A stretch of 64,000 bases of DNA, taken from the human T2T-CHM13v2.0 reference genome, Homo sapiens. Below the pieces are notes generated by a model. The model saw only the letters and a program-made list of their open reading frames with translations, made no database searches and was not told the DNA's origin. The translations under genes and the position numbers were made by a program. Below, one piece after another: positions 31,903 through 53,139 of this stretch (its first letter is position 1; every line of letters begins with the position of its first letter). The DNA is taken from NCBI RefSeq assembly GCF_009914755.1, contig NC_060933.1; one strand, given 5' to 3'.

Positions 31903-34444
31903 GTAACTTGCTTTCTTTCTCTTACGTAATTTTATAAGGGGTTAACTGACAGCGACTCATGAGGTGAAGATTTGTTATTCACCTTTTGTTCCATATAGTC
32001 ACACTGATTCTTGGGTCTTCTTGCTCCACAAGCCTAACTCCCTAAACATTACATAAATTTCCTGCATAGCTTTGTGCATGCATACAGATAAACACAGTCA
32101 TGCACAGACATAAATATTTTAGTATTTGTTTCAACTAATTTAACTGGATGCAGAAATTCCATAAAGCTATCCTCTTAAAAGTAAGCTTTCTCCTCTCTGA
32201 AGAAGTGTACAATTTTAGGTTATCCCAGAAGTCAGCAGTCCTCTGGTAGTATCTGTTTGTTAGAATATATATAGATTGACGTAAGTGGATATACTAGTAG
32301 AAGCAGATAAAATTTTAGGTGGATACTCCAGCGACTTCTTCAAATAGACAGTGGAGGGGTACATGTAAAAATACACAGGGGCATAGCCTCAGAGGGGCAA
32401 GTGTGCAGAAGTCATTGTTAAACTAGGGAAAAAATGAGCAAGTGCATTAGTAAGATGGCAGTCTCTGGGTGGTGGAGAGTGAAAATACGGCTAGCAGGGA
32501 GAAGTTAGAGCTAAATAGAAATGAATTGTCAATCTATGGTTTTGTTCACTTATGAAAGGTAAAGTTATATGAGCATTGTGTTGGTTCAAGGTGACTACTA
32601 AGCAGTCACTTTTAATGTTGTAATCTCAATTTCTGAATCTAAAATGTATAGCCCTATTTTAATTTTCTTATTTAAAAAGTAACACCAAGTGGAAAACTTC
32701 CACAATATTAGAAGTTATACCTGTAAAAAGTAAGTCTTCATTCCACCCCAGATACTGGTCCCTCTGTTCCCTTCCAAGAGGCAGCCCATTTTTTACTTGT
32801 TTCCTTTGTATCCTTCTTGAAATATTCTATGCCTCTACAGGTAGACATACACACACATTTTAATGTAGATGAAATTCTCTTATATATACCATTATGTACT
32901 TAGTTTTAATTTTTCACTTGAGATCTATATTTTGAAGATTATTACATGTCAACGTATGGACAGCTGTCTTAATTTGTAAATTCCTGCCTAATATTTATTT
33001 AGGAGTATGTACGAATTTACATGTAACTTGTTTCTAGACTTTTGTAATTAATTACAGACATTGCTTCAGCGATCATTTTTGCTCATAAAAATTTTCCATC
33101 ATGTTTTTAGTAACTCACTTTCCCATTGACTAAAGGAAAGGTAACTAATCAGCATTAAGCAAAATCAGTTGCAAAGTTTGGTTCCAAATCTTGCAACATT
33201 TTAAAAGTTATCTTTTTTCTCAACACAGTGGACCTCTTTAGATGAGGCCATGGTGCCTTGACAGAATAAGGGAAGTGAATTAGTTGTAGTTGAATAAAAC
33301 GTGATGGTTATACTTGAGATTCCCTTTCCAAGTTTCGGGTTTGAGGATAAAGGATCTTTGAATCAGGACTGGGAATAGCTGCTACATTGGCCAGCCTGTC
33401 TGTGATTTTTCACATGGTTGGAGATGTCCTGGGGCACCACTAGGTTTGCTCCATCAGCTCCTGTAATCCAGGACTGGTAAAAGAGGGGAGCAGGGACAGA
33501 AGATGGAAGTGAGAGATAGATATAAATCCTGGCTAGCTCTCTCCTTTTCCATCCTAGCCAGGAGTCAGACCTTTTTTTTTTTAACTCAATCTAATACAAA
33601 CCTCTGGTTGCACCTACAATTGATGTTTCAATCAGAAAGAAAAATTAAGAAGAAAGACATTTGAAGGAAGGATTAAATAGACTTCTTATAGACAGAAGGT
33701 ATTTTCATTTCTTGGTTTCTTTCTTCAAAATGGGAAAACAAGAATTTATTTAAAAATTAGAATGATGCTTTTTGAAGTCTTCCTCTAAAATTGGCAGTAA
33801 TGGGACTTGATTTTACCTGTGAACATCCTGAGGCCCTCAGCATGATGATTCTGTTCAACATGGTTAGAAAAGCTTTTTTCTGATGTAGTTGGGAAATACG
33901 TTACATGGAGCCTTAGAAATGAAAGTATTTATTCTAAGGCGTTAATTATATGAAAGTTCCTCCAAATATTGGCTGATAGTTGGTTCTGTAAATGTACCCT
34001 GTTTCTTATGAAGTGCCTTACATATTTGATTTTGTAAGAAGTGCTTCAGTTTTTCTAATATAAATATGTTGTGTTATAAATTTCCCATTGAGCATTATGT
34101 TAGCTGCATCCCACAAATTTTATGGTGTATTTTCATTCTTATTCTGTTCAAAATATTTTCTAATTTCCTTTGAGATTCTTTGACCCCTGGATTATTTGGA
34201 AGTGTTACTTTTAAGCATTTGGAAATACTATTGTTATCTTTTTGTTTGGGTTTCTAGTTTAGTTCTGTTATGATCTGAGGACACACTTTATGGTTCCAGT
34301 TCTTTTAAATTCATTAAGAATATAGAATATAGTCTATGTTGATGAATATTGCATTTGCACTTGCGATTCATTCGTATCCTGTTGTTATTGGATATAAGTG
34401 CCTCAATTTTAAAGCGAATTCTTTTTTTGTTTTTCTTTTTGCAG

Positions 34445-34568
34445 TGGTGTATTGTTTGTAACAAAGGGAACATTTGGACAACTCACGTGTGAGTGGCAGT
34501 ATAGTTTTGATGAATTTACCAAAGAGCCATTCATTGTTCATGGGAGAAGATTGCGCATTGAAGCAAAG
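34445..34568 (+). CDS. VPS13A: VPS13A exon 71 (124 nt), GVLFVTKGTFGQLTCEWQYSFDEFTKEPFIVHGRRLRIEAK
   Basis: Acceptor ttttctttttgcag and donor AAG|gtatgt. The frame continues from exon 70. Confidence 0.97.
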
Positions 34569-35003
34569 GTATGTTGAATAGATTTATTTTTTGAAAACTT
34601 GGAACTGAAAATAATGCTTTGAAGTAGTCCTTTTTATTTGTATAATGCTCTACCTCTTTTATAGATGTCACTTTGTCCTGGTGTGGTTTTCCCTTATACC
34701 TGCTATCTTACCCAGGCTTAAAGGAAAAAAAAAAAAAACTAGGCCAAGAAAAACTGTGCTTTCTGTGCTATTGCACTGACAATAACATTCCTGGGCCCTT
34801 GCTGTATATTCAGTAACAGAGCCCCACCTTCCCACATATGAAATAATGGATAGTGGCTATTAGCCTGTGCTGCAGTCCATACTGCTTTCCTGGCTTTTTA
34901 AATATATTTACCCTTTCTAACATTAATACATTCTCTTATCTCTTTGATTTCTTTCCCTTCCCCCTTTTCATGAGACCTTATATCTACAATTCTGCAATCA
35001 TTC

Positions 35004-35296
35004 TTTTTTTCTTTTTTGAGACAGAGTCTTGCCCTGTCGCCCAAGCTGGAGTGCAGTGGCGCTCTTGGATCACTGCAACCTCCACCTCCCAGGTTCAAGT
35101 GATTCTCCTGCCTCAGCCTCCTGAGTAGCTGGGATTACAGGCATGTGCCACCATGCCGACTAATTTTTGTATTTTTAGTACAGACGGTGTTTCACCAGGT
35201 TGGCCAGTCTGGTCTTGAATTCCTGGGCTCAAGCAATCTGCCTGCCTCAGCCTCCCAAAGTACTGTGATTATAGACGTGAGCCACTGGACCCAGCC
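35004..35296 (-). mobile_element. Alu (S/J)
   Basis: Full dimer in VPS13A intron 71. Confidence 0.9.
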
Positions 35297-36108
35297 TCAT
35301 CTTTTTTTTTTTTAATTAGAAGAATGTAATTCTTCTAGTGTCTGTATTTGCATGGATAGTTGAATTACTTATAGAACATGTTTGACTAGTAAAACCTTTA
35401 CTTTGCCCTCTATGACCTCACCCATATGTACAGAGGAAAACATCATCCTTGTCCTCAATAGTTTCACTTCTGTTTGCCCCTGATATGCTTAATATCTGCT
35501 CTGAGACAGTCCCACTCCCCACTACCAATACTAAACATAATACCAACAGAGCATAAATAGTGGAGGAAAATCATCTAGGACACAACCTGATCTCTCTTTG
35601 ATTCTAAACTATATTCTTACTGTATGACTGGTTTAAAATGGCAGAAGTACATACATGCACGCACACATGCACATACAATATATGTATGTGTTTATGTACG
35701 TATGCATACACACACATGTGCATATATTTTTAACCTGGACTCACTCATGATTCTATGGCCAGATAACAACTGTGTAAGAAATTATTTGGAGACGAAAAAC
35801 AGTGGCACTACTCCCCAACTTACCTCCTTCCCATCCTTTATGTCGACTCTTTATGGCATTAGCAATTAAAATATCACCTTAAGCTTTTTAACTTAGGTTT
35901 AGTGATAATGGTTGTGTTATTAATAGAATGTAGTCTTTTTTTCTATTGGTTTTGATTCTTCTTGCTTCCTCATTCTTGTCTTTTTTAAGGTGCATGATTT
36001 GTATAAGAGGGACACTTTAGGCATACAGTAATAAAGCTTTGTGGCATTTCTTTATGGATTTTTACAACCAGATTTTCTTTTTAATGAATTTACATATTCT
36101 GTTTATAG

Positions 36109-36183
36109 GAACGAGTGAAGTCTGTATTTCATGCCAGAGAGTTTGGAAAAATAATTAACTTCAAGACCCCAGAGGATGCCAGG
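36109..36183 (+). CDS. VPS13A: VPS13A exon 72 (75 nt), ERVKSVFHAREFGKIINFKTPEDAR
   Basis: Acceptor ttctgtttatag and donor AGG|gtaaat, phase 0-0. Confidence 0.96.
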
Positions 36184-36885
36184 GTAAATATAATAAATCT
36201 TTTATTTAAATAGGAGCTGCTCACTTCAAAATCATGTAAGTGGACTATTTTTTAATGCAGATAAGTTTTGTTTGGGGGTTTTTGTTTGTTTGTTTTGCTT
36301 TTGTGTTTTGGCAGGTTTTAAAAGTATATGTAACTAGATAATATTTACCCCAGACTTTTTTTTCTACCAGATTCAATTCGGCATACCTACTTGCTTTTCA
36401 AACCAGATTGCTCCATCTTATTTTAAATGCTAACTCTAATTAATTTTTTTTAATAAAAAAGTCAACAAACAAAAATTAATTATTTTGTTTTAGTGTTAAT
36501 CCATCAGCTCCAACAGGAAAGTGTAGCCCCACATTGTTGATTTTTCTACTGCATAGCTACCGTGATTTTTTAAAAAGTTGCCATAGCTGACACAGACCAA
36601 AGGGAGCCAAGCCCAACAGAAAATCCAAGTTTGAATACTGATTTTGTCCTTCTTGACTATAGAATCTTGCAGAAGGTCAACTAAGCACAGTTTCCTCAAG
36701 ATGAGAATGGTGTGAACTGAAAAGCATGGTGTGTACTTTAGGGATTATGGCAATCAATCACAAGGATGTGCACTGTCAAGAAAATGAAGACTATGAATTG
36801 ACTGTCTGACCTCATTGATCACAACTGAAGTGCTATTCAGAATGTTGAGTTGTACTCATTATATCATGAAACTTACAGTAAGAGG

Positions 36886-43338
<6,453 letters not shown>

Positions 43339-44524
43339 AAACTTAGAGTAAGAGGACATTTCTCCTATACTTGATCCCTGGGCCTCCTGGCCAGACTCAG
43401 AACAGATCCCTGGCCTCCTGCACTCATACAACACTCTGCGTTGATCCTGGCTGTGGTGACTGTTTACCAGTTCACCTGTCACATCTGAACCCAAACTAGG
43501 GGCCTCTCCCACTGTCTCATACACATACCTTGGACCAGTTAACATGTCCTATGCAATTTTCTATCTAGACATTCTGATATAAGGCGACACTGACACACTA
43601 ATAGTGGAAAACACAAAAGGAGCAAGTTACAAAGAAAGAGGAATAAAGTTACCAGTCTTCATATGCTTGTCACCTGGAACAGGGAGACAGATAAGCATGA
43701 CTTTTAGGCCACCTTCTTTCATGTCACTGAAGGACAGTACCACCTGTTTCAATTTACCTGCAATAAAGTTTTCTTTTAATTCCTTCACCATGTGACTGAC
43801 TTTATCCCAGAAGGTTTGTTTTTAATCCTCCTGCTTGGCCAGGAACATCCAGAGAAGGCTACTGGATTCAGTTATCTTTGTCTCCCTATCTTAGGGCTAT
43901 TCTTACTAGGCTCTTTTAAGTTAAAGAGGTACAAACATCTCTGTGAAATCTTTATATATTAGAATAAGCCCTGTATCACCTCCGTGGCTTTTATCTGTCA
44001 TCCATGCCCAATAATAATAGACATTACTGGTAGAAAGGTTGTGTATTACATTTACATTTTATTTTTGTAATTTCAAATTATTTTAGAATAGAAAATATAT
44101 TGTGAGAGCACCTAAAATGCTCAAGAATGTTGCTTCTACTACCCTCTCTGGAATTGTGTGTAAGTATTTCTACTCCATTAGTAGAATCCTGTATCTGGAT
44201 TTATGGAAGTTCATGATACAAAATCAGCACAGATTGGAAGGAATTTTTTTCTTTCAGGCTGGCTCATTTCACTTAATTCTGAAGATGAACATCCAAAGAC
44301 CTTAGAAGAACTGCATTCCTACTATTAAACCAAGTACTATTGTCCCTGAGCCATCTGGGCCATTGAAGTGAATGATCTCTTTTGCAGGATGAATTTTATG
44401 TATTGGCTGTCAGTATTACACCTAACTAAACTATAAAGCTAACTTCTAGATCTCCATTCATTACATTTTGTTTCATTACAAGTTCACTGAAGTAAGCAAA
44501 TGTTCATTTATTTTCCCACCGCAG

Positions 44525-44575
44525 TGGATCCTCACAAAGCTACAAGAAGCAAGAGAACCTTCTCCGAGCCTCTGA
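44525..44575 (+). CDS. VPS13A: VPS13A last exon 73 coding part, WILTKLQEAREPSPSL*
   Basis: Acceptor ttttcccaccgcag and TGA at 44573-44575. Exon lengths sum to the recalled 3174-aa isoform. Confidence 0.97.
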   Translation, partial: WILTKLQEAREPSPSL

Positions 44576-47500
44576 CAGAGAACACTGCCTGAAGACACAC
44601 AGCAATAAGTGATTACAGCTCCTAGACTACCTTCCAAAACCTGTTTGGGAAGCATATTACAGAAATGATTTCAAGTACCCTGTATTCTGGATGCTAAAAA
44701 ACAAAAACAAACAAAAAAACAAAAACAAAAAAACAAAACCAGAATCAGGTAAAACAGCTATGTGATTAAAATATTTTAATTCTTCAGCAATTACCCGGTT
44801 TTCTAAATTGAATCATGCATCTATTTATAATTCTAATTATTTTGTAAAAGAAGACAAAATTATGAATCTTAAGTATTTGCTCCATCTTTTTCTCTGTAAT
44901 GGTGGAGAGGCTGCCCATAATTCATCTCCACATGGAGCCAAGTTTAATGTTTCTAGTTCACATTTTGTACTTCTGTCATGCTTATTTCAAACTCCCTGAG
45001 TGATGGGTAAGAAATCAAACATTGCCTCAGTGGTATCAAGAGAACTTTGGTGGTGGTTTCTTCAGAATCATGAAGTTCTTTTGCCAGATAAATATTTTGA
45101 TATTATTTTCCTTTTTAATATAAAGGATAGGTTTGAATTATACTTAAAATGCATAGCATTATTAAAAACAATCTTTTAAAATATAATTTATAACATAGAT
45201 TGAAGCCTCCCCTTAAGAAACCTTAAAGAAATAAGTATCCTACTCAAAAAAGGAAGTCTGTTTCAGAACTTTAGGGCCTTTGAAATATTTCCTCAAGCCT
45301 ATTTCATGAGATCTACTTGGTTTACCCAAGTCATGTTTTTAATAGACTGCTAATATCAAAGGAGAATTTTTAAAGCCTTAACAATGCCTACTTTCCATTC
45401 ACTGTTAACATGGAATAAACACAATTCCCAACATCTTAGATAGTGTATTATGCTTCCAACAGACAGTCCCTCTCATATAAAGTTTATGTACCCTAAAATC
45501 TAACCCAATAACCTGTCCCGTTGCCAATAGATTGAGAATTTCTGGTTTGCTTACTCTACAGTTATTCAAATGAGAGTCACGCTTTTAAATTTACAGCTTA
45601 TCACAGAAATCATCAGCTATACATTAGTAAAAATAAGGACATGAGGTTTTCTTTCTTGGTTTTTGTCCAAGATCTTTGCACCTTAATATTAATGGACTGT
45701 TTCAGGTAAAAGAGAATGAATGTATGATTGTGAACTGTGAAGAGAATGATGCAGGATCCTATTTAGTTACTGAATAATACAGAGTATTCAATGCATGTTG
45801 TATGTGCCACCAAGTTACTATTAACTGTTTTTGGAATTGAAGACTCTGTATAGTCAATAGTTGTGAAATTCTTCTCAGGCTCCTTAAACCCTCGCTTTGT
45901 TGTAAAAGCTAAAATAAACAGCATGCTATATTGTAATTGTATTTCTTGCTGACCAAATCTACTAAATGCTATTGATTTCTCTCTGATTACTAAAACACAT
46001 TGTTTATTCTCAGTAGTTTCCCCCAAAATGCTTTTTTCTTTGCTGAACTTAAATTGAATCAAACCACAAGTTTAAAATCACATGAAAGTGTGTTTCCATG
46101 TTGACCTTTGTTTAAAAAAAAAAAAAAGTGCTTATTTTCTCTGTCGCTAAGCTCCTCCAGTTTTGCTTTTGTCAGAATTAAACTTAACAGTAGAGGTAGT
46201 CAGAAAGCTTGCATCAGACTGTCCTCATCCAAAACGAAATACTTCATTACCCAATGTTATGATTTCACCATTCTCAGAAAAATTACAGTCCCCTGCCTCC
46301 CTGGGTGTAGTGTCGTGAAGTAGAAAAGCCTTACATAAATAGTAAACATAGAAATTCTTCTGGTGCCCTCTGGCAGCCAGCAGGAGTGGGTCTTGTGACT
46401 AATCCACATGGAAAGGATAGTGCCTGTCTTTCCTGTTCCCTTGCCATAAGAACCGTGAAATCTCTCCTTTCCCTGCCACTCGTTTACTCATCACCTCCTC
46501 CCATCACTTCCTTGTCTCTAGACTAGAGGGACCCACAGTTTTAAGAGCTACATCATATCATTTGTTGTTTTAGAAGATTGTCTTCATCTAAACAAAAACA
46601 CTAAGAAATCAGTAGATCACTAGATAATGAGTCAGTGTTTTTAGCATCACATTTTACAATTTACAGTTTTTGTTTGATTCTGTAGCCCATTTTTCTTGAA
46701 GGTTAGAATAAGAATCTTCTTGTATTTGAAAACCATCTGCCCTAAATTACATTTAACTACAAGAAATGGCTCTCTGCTGGAGAAATTTAAGCTTGTCTTA
46801 GTTGTTTGGTAGTGGCTATGGAATGAGGTGTTGAGTCTTGTGCCCCTTCCATGTATTATTTGCTAACTAACTATATTACTAGGCCCTTAATTCCAGCACA
46901 GCATGTCTTCTGGTCTATGATAATTGTGTGAGGACTAAGGCAGAGTGCCTGTTCCCTGCCAACTCTCCACCAGAAAATCATAATCAGAAAGAGTGACTTT
47001 GATTTCTGGTACTTGTGATCAAAAGCAGCTTGTGATTTCTTCACATTTGCAAAATACTCTCTGAGCCAAAAGGCACATACAGTTCTCCAGTGTCTTCCCT
47101 TTTAGAGTATACATATTTGCTGCTTTTCCTTTAGTGTTCACAAAAATCCCAAGGTCAGTTTAGTGTGGCTGAGTTGTTGTTATCTGGACCCTAAACAATC
47201 ATTACCACCTGTAGACAGTTCTTACCTACCCCTCTCCTCCACAATCCTAGTCCATTTGGAGGCAACTATCCTGTGGCCTCCAAGTGAATAAATCTTTCTT
47301 ACACTTACTTACGTGATATTTTCTATCATAATTATCTCTCTCATTTCTTCCAATAGTAATAGCGGTAATATTGTTCCATTGAATATCTATGCACCTAGCT
47401 CATCTCTTAGAAACATCCCACATAGTAGCATCGTATTACTCTCTGGTAAAAAGAAAGATTAAATTAAAAGGACTCTACACAGTGCTGAATTTCCTGCACC

Positions 47501-50110
47501 TAAATTATTCAGTTATCACTTGCCAGTATTAGTTGATCCTTCAGGCTATGCCAAGTGCCCCCTCATGTAGGCCTCTGTATTAAAAAGATTGGGACAAAAT
47601 ACTTGATTAGTTTGCCTGTAGAAGCTCAAAGTGTGTACCAAATACATTGACAGTGGATGCTTTCATGGCTCAGCCAACACAGTTCAGAGGAATCTTTTCG
47701 GCTTCCAGGGCATTGCTTGTTACCTTTTGTCAGGATCAACCCAAATCCTCAGGGATGCTGTTTTTCCACACTGTAAGTCCTAACTCATTAGTGGGTCATG
47801 AAATCAACTTAACAGCTCAAGACCAGTATATTTTAAACGTGAAATAATAAAAAATAGAGGAACAATAGAGCATATAAAATGGTTAAGTATTGGTTCCTGA
47901 AATACTGTTTCAGCTAAATATTCTATTTACTGTGTATACTGGGTCACAATATAAAGTGTTTCCTGTTATGAAATGCAATTTAAAAAAAGAAAGCTTGAAA
48001 GACTGCTGCAGGAGGCACGGGCCATCCAGTGATTGTTGGAAGAGTCTGGATTGTGTGGAGCCTGACCTTAGATAAGGAGCAGCAGATCCACAACTCAGGA
48101 AGTCTAGAGATGCTTAGCACTTCTTCTTTTGAGTGAGAAGATGGAATCACTCTTGGTTTCTAAAATATTTTTCTTCTCTGCTGTGTATCGGGCAACCTCA
48201 CATGATTCAGTGGGACCAGAAAAAGCATAGAAAAATTAGATCCACACACAGCACCCAAAAAAGGCCATAGTCTTTTGTTTACCTAGATGTATTTTAACCT
48301 CTTTACCACTAAGCATTTTACTATAATAGAACTGGGGACATACATTGTCCTTTTGAGTCCGTTGAATCTGCACCATCTACCTTTTGGCTGATTCACCATA
48401 CAGGTGGCAAAGGCCTTTAAAAATGGGGAGCTAATACGTAGGGCACATTCTGGTAGGGCCAAAATATTCAGTGTCTGGGGGGTGCTATGCAAATATCAAT
48501 GACTTTTTACTAAAAACAGTGGATTTCCTCATTTCTTTAAGATCCAAGTAGAAAATGTAAATAACTTACATTCTGTATGCAGGACTCAATACAGACTTAG
48601 TCAATCTGATTTTTTTTGGTGCTTTTCAGTATAGCGCAACTCTAAAAGGAAACCCATTCACCCTCCTTAGTCCTTTGAAGTATACTTTTGAAATTATACC
48701 TTATTGTTAATGGCAACCTAATCAAGCTAGGATTTGTCGGTTAAAATTTTGATTCTTGTAATCTGTACTGTCAATTTTTGGCCACTCTGGCTGTTACAGC
48801 AAACTTTTCTCCCACTGTCATAATTGGTCTAAAGTAGTATTTGTTTCAGGACTATCCAAAAAGCAAGGCCAGCACATTGAGAAGATGCAGAATCCTACTC
48901 TATTACAAACCTCACTCATGTTTCTTTTATTGAAACCTTTTTCTACTTTATATTTCCTCTTTTGTAAATTTTTCCATGTCATTTAAAAAATTTTTTACTT
49001 TAGAATTACAGATTAGTTCTTTTTTTAAAGCATTATGGCATTTTCAAAAAAAAAATTATTTTGGTTACCCAAAAAGCTATACAAGAAATATAACTTCAAT
49101 TTTTTAGGTTGATATGGGTATATTTTTAAAGTTTTTATTACTTTATACAAATACAAATTAATTTATATTATAGTTTAACACCTGCTATGATGATAGATAT
49201 CACACTGCTATGATAGAAAATCCCTGTCTGTCATTGAACTATTCATTTAGTGTTACTCTGATATGTTAATAATGTATTCCTTCTAATGAAGTCCTTGTAA
49301 CAAGAAACCCTGTGAGATTGGTATAATGAGATATCAAATAATCAGAAGTATAATTAAAATAGAACATGTTGGAAAATCCCAACATTTCCTGTTATGCCGT
49401 CATACCTCCGGTGTTCAGTTTGTTACTCAAAAGTTCCCAGTTCTTAGGCTGAAAAACATTCAAGTAAAAATGTAGCATAGATTACACTGAAATATTTTCA
49501 GTATCAATGATTTAATATCCACACAAACTATTAGGAATGGTATCTGGAACTTGTTACAAGGTCAGATAAACTGTTACAGAATTTTAGAAATAATTATCTC
49601 TGTATGTGACTGTGTATTACATATAAAAATGAATTTTTCAGGAAAAGTGCACTTTAAAAATACTTTCTCTTGCTAGTTTTTTAAATTGATGAAATAGCCT
49701 GTGCTGCTTTGGAATGCTTATTCTTTCTTTGATGAAAATACGGTCATTGATTATGATAATTTTAAAAATATCTATTTCTGCATCGCTGCAGGATTTCCTA
49801 CACTTTTCTGTTCCTCATCCCTCTTTTATGTGTGCTTGGCTCAGTTGCCTGTTACACAGCCTCTGCCTTGGTTTTGTGTATTCTAAGATAATTTATAAAC
49901 ACAGATATTTACAGTGAAGTTCTTCCTTTTGAAACTAATCTTATTCTTTTATTCCTCTCTCTAAAAATTGGTTGGCCATGCTCACTAATGATTTTTTTTC
50001 TTAACAATAAGCATTTCTTGGTATTGGTAGATTTGGATTGCATGGTAAGATGACTGCCCATTTTCACCATGTATACCTTTGTCAAATAAAGATTTCTGAT
50101 CTTTGGTCTG
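44576..50110 (+). other. VPS13A: VPS13A 3'UTR with tandem poly(A) signals (AATAAA at 45414, 45913, 50085)
   Basis: Hexamers read directly. Those at 45913 and 50085 are followed by U/GU-rich sequence. The distal end is inferred. Confidence 0.65.
46361..46378 (-). promoter_or_regulatory. Candidate CTCF motif
   Basis: The reverse complement GGCTGCCAGAGGGCACCA has one mismatch to the core CCRSYAGRKGGCRS. Motif match only. Confidence 0.45.
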
Positions 50111-50317
50111 CTTCTGTTTTTAGTTTTTTGATAGAACTAGAAACATTATTAATACCCTTCCCTTGCCTATATAAATTCCACCCTCTTTGGGGCTGAAACA
50201 AATGTGAATAACAGATTGCCCAAGGTCCTGATTTTTCAGTCAAAGCAGGCGACATTCCAGCCCAGCATGATCATTGCTGACTAAAAGCTTGGGGTGGTAT
50301 AGTACCTAGTAAATTCT

Positions 50318-50548
<231 letters not shown>

Positions 50549-51644
50549 ACCTAGTGAATTCTTAACCACCGACATTCTGTCTCTTAACCTTAGAAAACTC
50601 CGCATGACTCATTTCCCCAGTAAGTAATGAGAATATTGAATGAAGGGCCAGGAGAGAATTTTCTACCAGCAGAATCAGTATTGGCAGAGGTAATTAATTC
50701 ACCTCTGACATTGAGAGTCTAGCCTTTCCATGCCTTAAGAAAATATTGTTACCACCCTTTGAATGACTTATTTAACAGCCCTCCCACAACCAGGATATGG
50801 AAAGCCATCATTTTCTTATATGCTTTAAGTAGTCAGCCAACTATAAATTAACAAAAACTCAATGCAAGAAAGTGCTTAAAATAAGAAATGGAATTCTTCA
50901 TTGTTTAATTTCCCAGATGACTGGATTCTGTTGAACCCTTTTTATGTTAATTGGCTAGTGAAACCCAGTCCGTAGCCTTTAGCCCATCGTTGGTGGGGAG
51001 GGGAATTGTCTTGTATTTTCTTTGTGCTTCTAGATATCCTAAAGAGCTCCATTCCCCTCTCTCTGTTCTCACGCAAAACTGTCTCGGCTATTTCTGGACT
51101 TTACTGTTCTAGATAAATTTTAACATCAATTTGTGAACTTCCACAAAAGCTGTTGCTATTGCATTTATCTCTTGAGTGAGGATTCATATTTTTAAAGCTA
51201 GATGTTGCTATTGTAGAATTGCTGCATATCAGAATAATTTCAGTCTTTTTCAGCAATTGGAATTGTTCCCACAGAATGGGGACACATGGTTCCATAACAT
51301 ATGTAGCCAACCGAGGTGCATTTTATAGACTGATTTGAGACAGATATTTCATACCTTACGTCCCCAAATGGTGTATGTGTGTGTGCACACACATGTGTGC
51401 ACACATGCACAAAACCATCTTGGCCTTTAGTGTGGAGCACTCTTAATTCCCAGAGGATTCTCCTTCTGCTTGACCCAGCCAGCTACTGAGGGAACTGCAG
51501 CATGACACGATGATGCGCAGACTTGCCTTGAAAGGAGGAATCTTAGGAAAGTTTCCGAGTTACTATTAAGGCCACAGCATTTTTCTGTTTAGGAGCAGAA
51601 CCATCAGTCAACCATGAGCTCTAAGAAACACAACATAACCCAGT

Positions 51645-52546
51645 GCTAATAGCAGAATGGTATATTCTTAGCCTCCTCAGAAAGGCACAGCATACATAAT
51701 TCAAACAGCAAATCTGTGGTGGCCATCAGAACTTTGGCAGGGTTACGTAACATTTGTCAAACAATGTGGACTTCTAGCCATTTCATACATTTTTAAGATC
51801 TGGTCATATACATTGGGGGTAAAAATGTACACACACACACACGCGCACACACACACATTTTTCACCAATAAAACATATATGCTATCTAGAGCCCATTTAC
51901 TCTATGTCAGCTTTGGCTTCTTGGTGATCAAACTGTGGCAAAGCTAAATTAGATATACTTATATATCCATTAATTTGGCTTAGAAAGTTAACACACAAAA
52001 AGAACCAAGTGTTTAAAAAAAATCTTTGGTGGCATGTTAAAGGAGTCACCCTTCAGCATGAGGTGAGAAACACAATTAAAAATGTCTCTAAATTACAAGG
52101 TTTAATAAAAAGCTTCAAACCCATTAACATTCTTATTTTTAAAAAAGTCACCCAAATTAACTCTAGAGGTTTGAAGGCATGATCTATAAACTAACAGGCT
52201 CCTTGCTTACATAATTTTAATCGCTATTTTTAAACATATTTAAAACTAAATCAAAGTGGCTTTTAAAAATTCTAGAAAACACCAAATTCAAAAATTACAC
52301 AAAATCTTATAGCCAAAAGTCAAGAAAATAATTATAAACACAATTTGGGATGTAAGGACTTTTAAAGTATGTTGGTAAACTCAAATATCTTCCAAGTTCC
52401 ATCACCCATCTCTGTCCCCACGATCTACATGACATCCTTAGTTCCTGGCATGGGGCTGGCTCTGGTGATGTCAGAAGCACTTGCAAATAAAACAAGGAGT
52501 TTGCAAATCACATCTTCTGTTATAGGGGAGGAGTGGGCAGCAGCTT
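51645..52546 (-). other. GNA14: GNA14 3'UTR (end approximate)
   Basis: Follows the GNA14 stop. Candidate minus-strand signals are ATTAAA (52216-52221 and 52101-52106) and the variant AATATA (51661-51666). Confidence 0.55.

Positions 52547-53139
<593 letters not shown>

Noticed and set aside
48487-48494. Octamer motif ATGCAAAT
   Set aside because: A single 8-mer is expected by chance in 64 kb, and no snRNA-type gene or promoter context is seen nearby.
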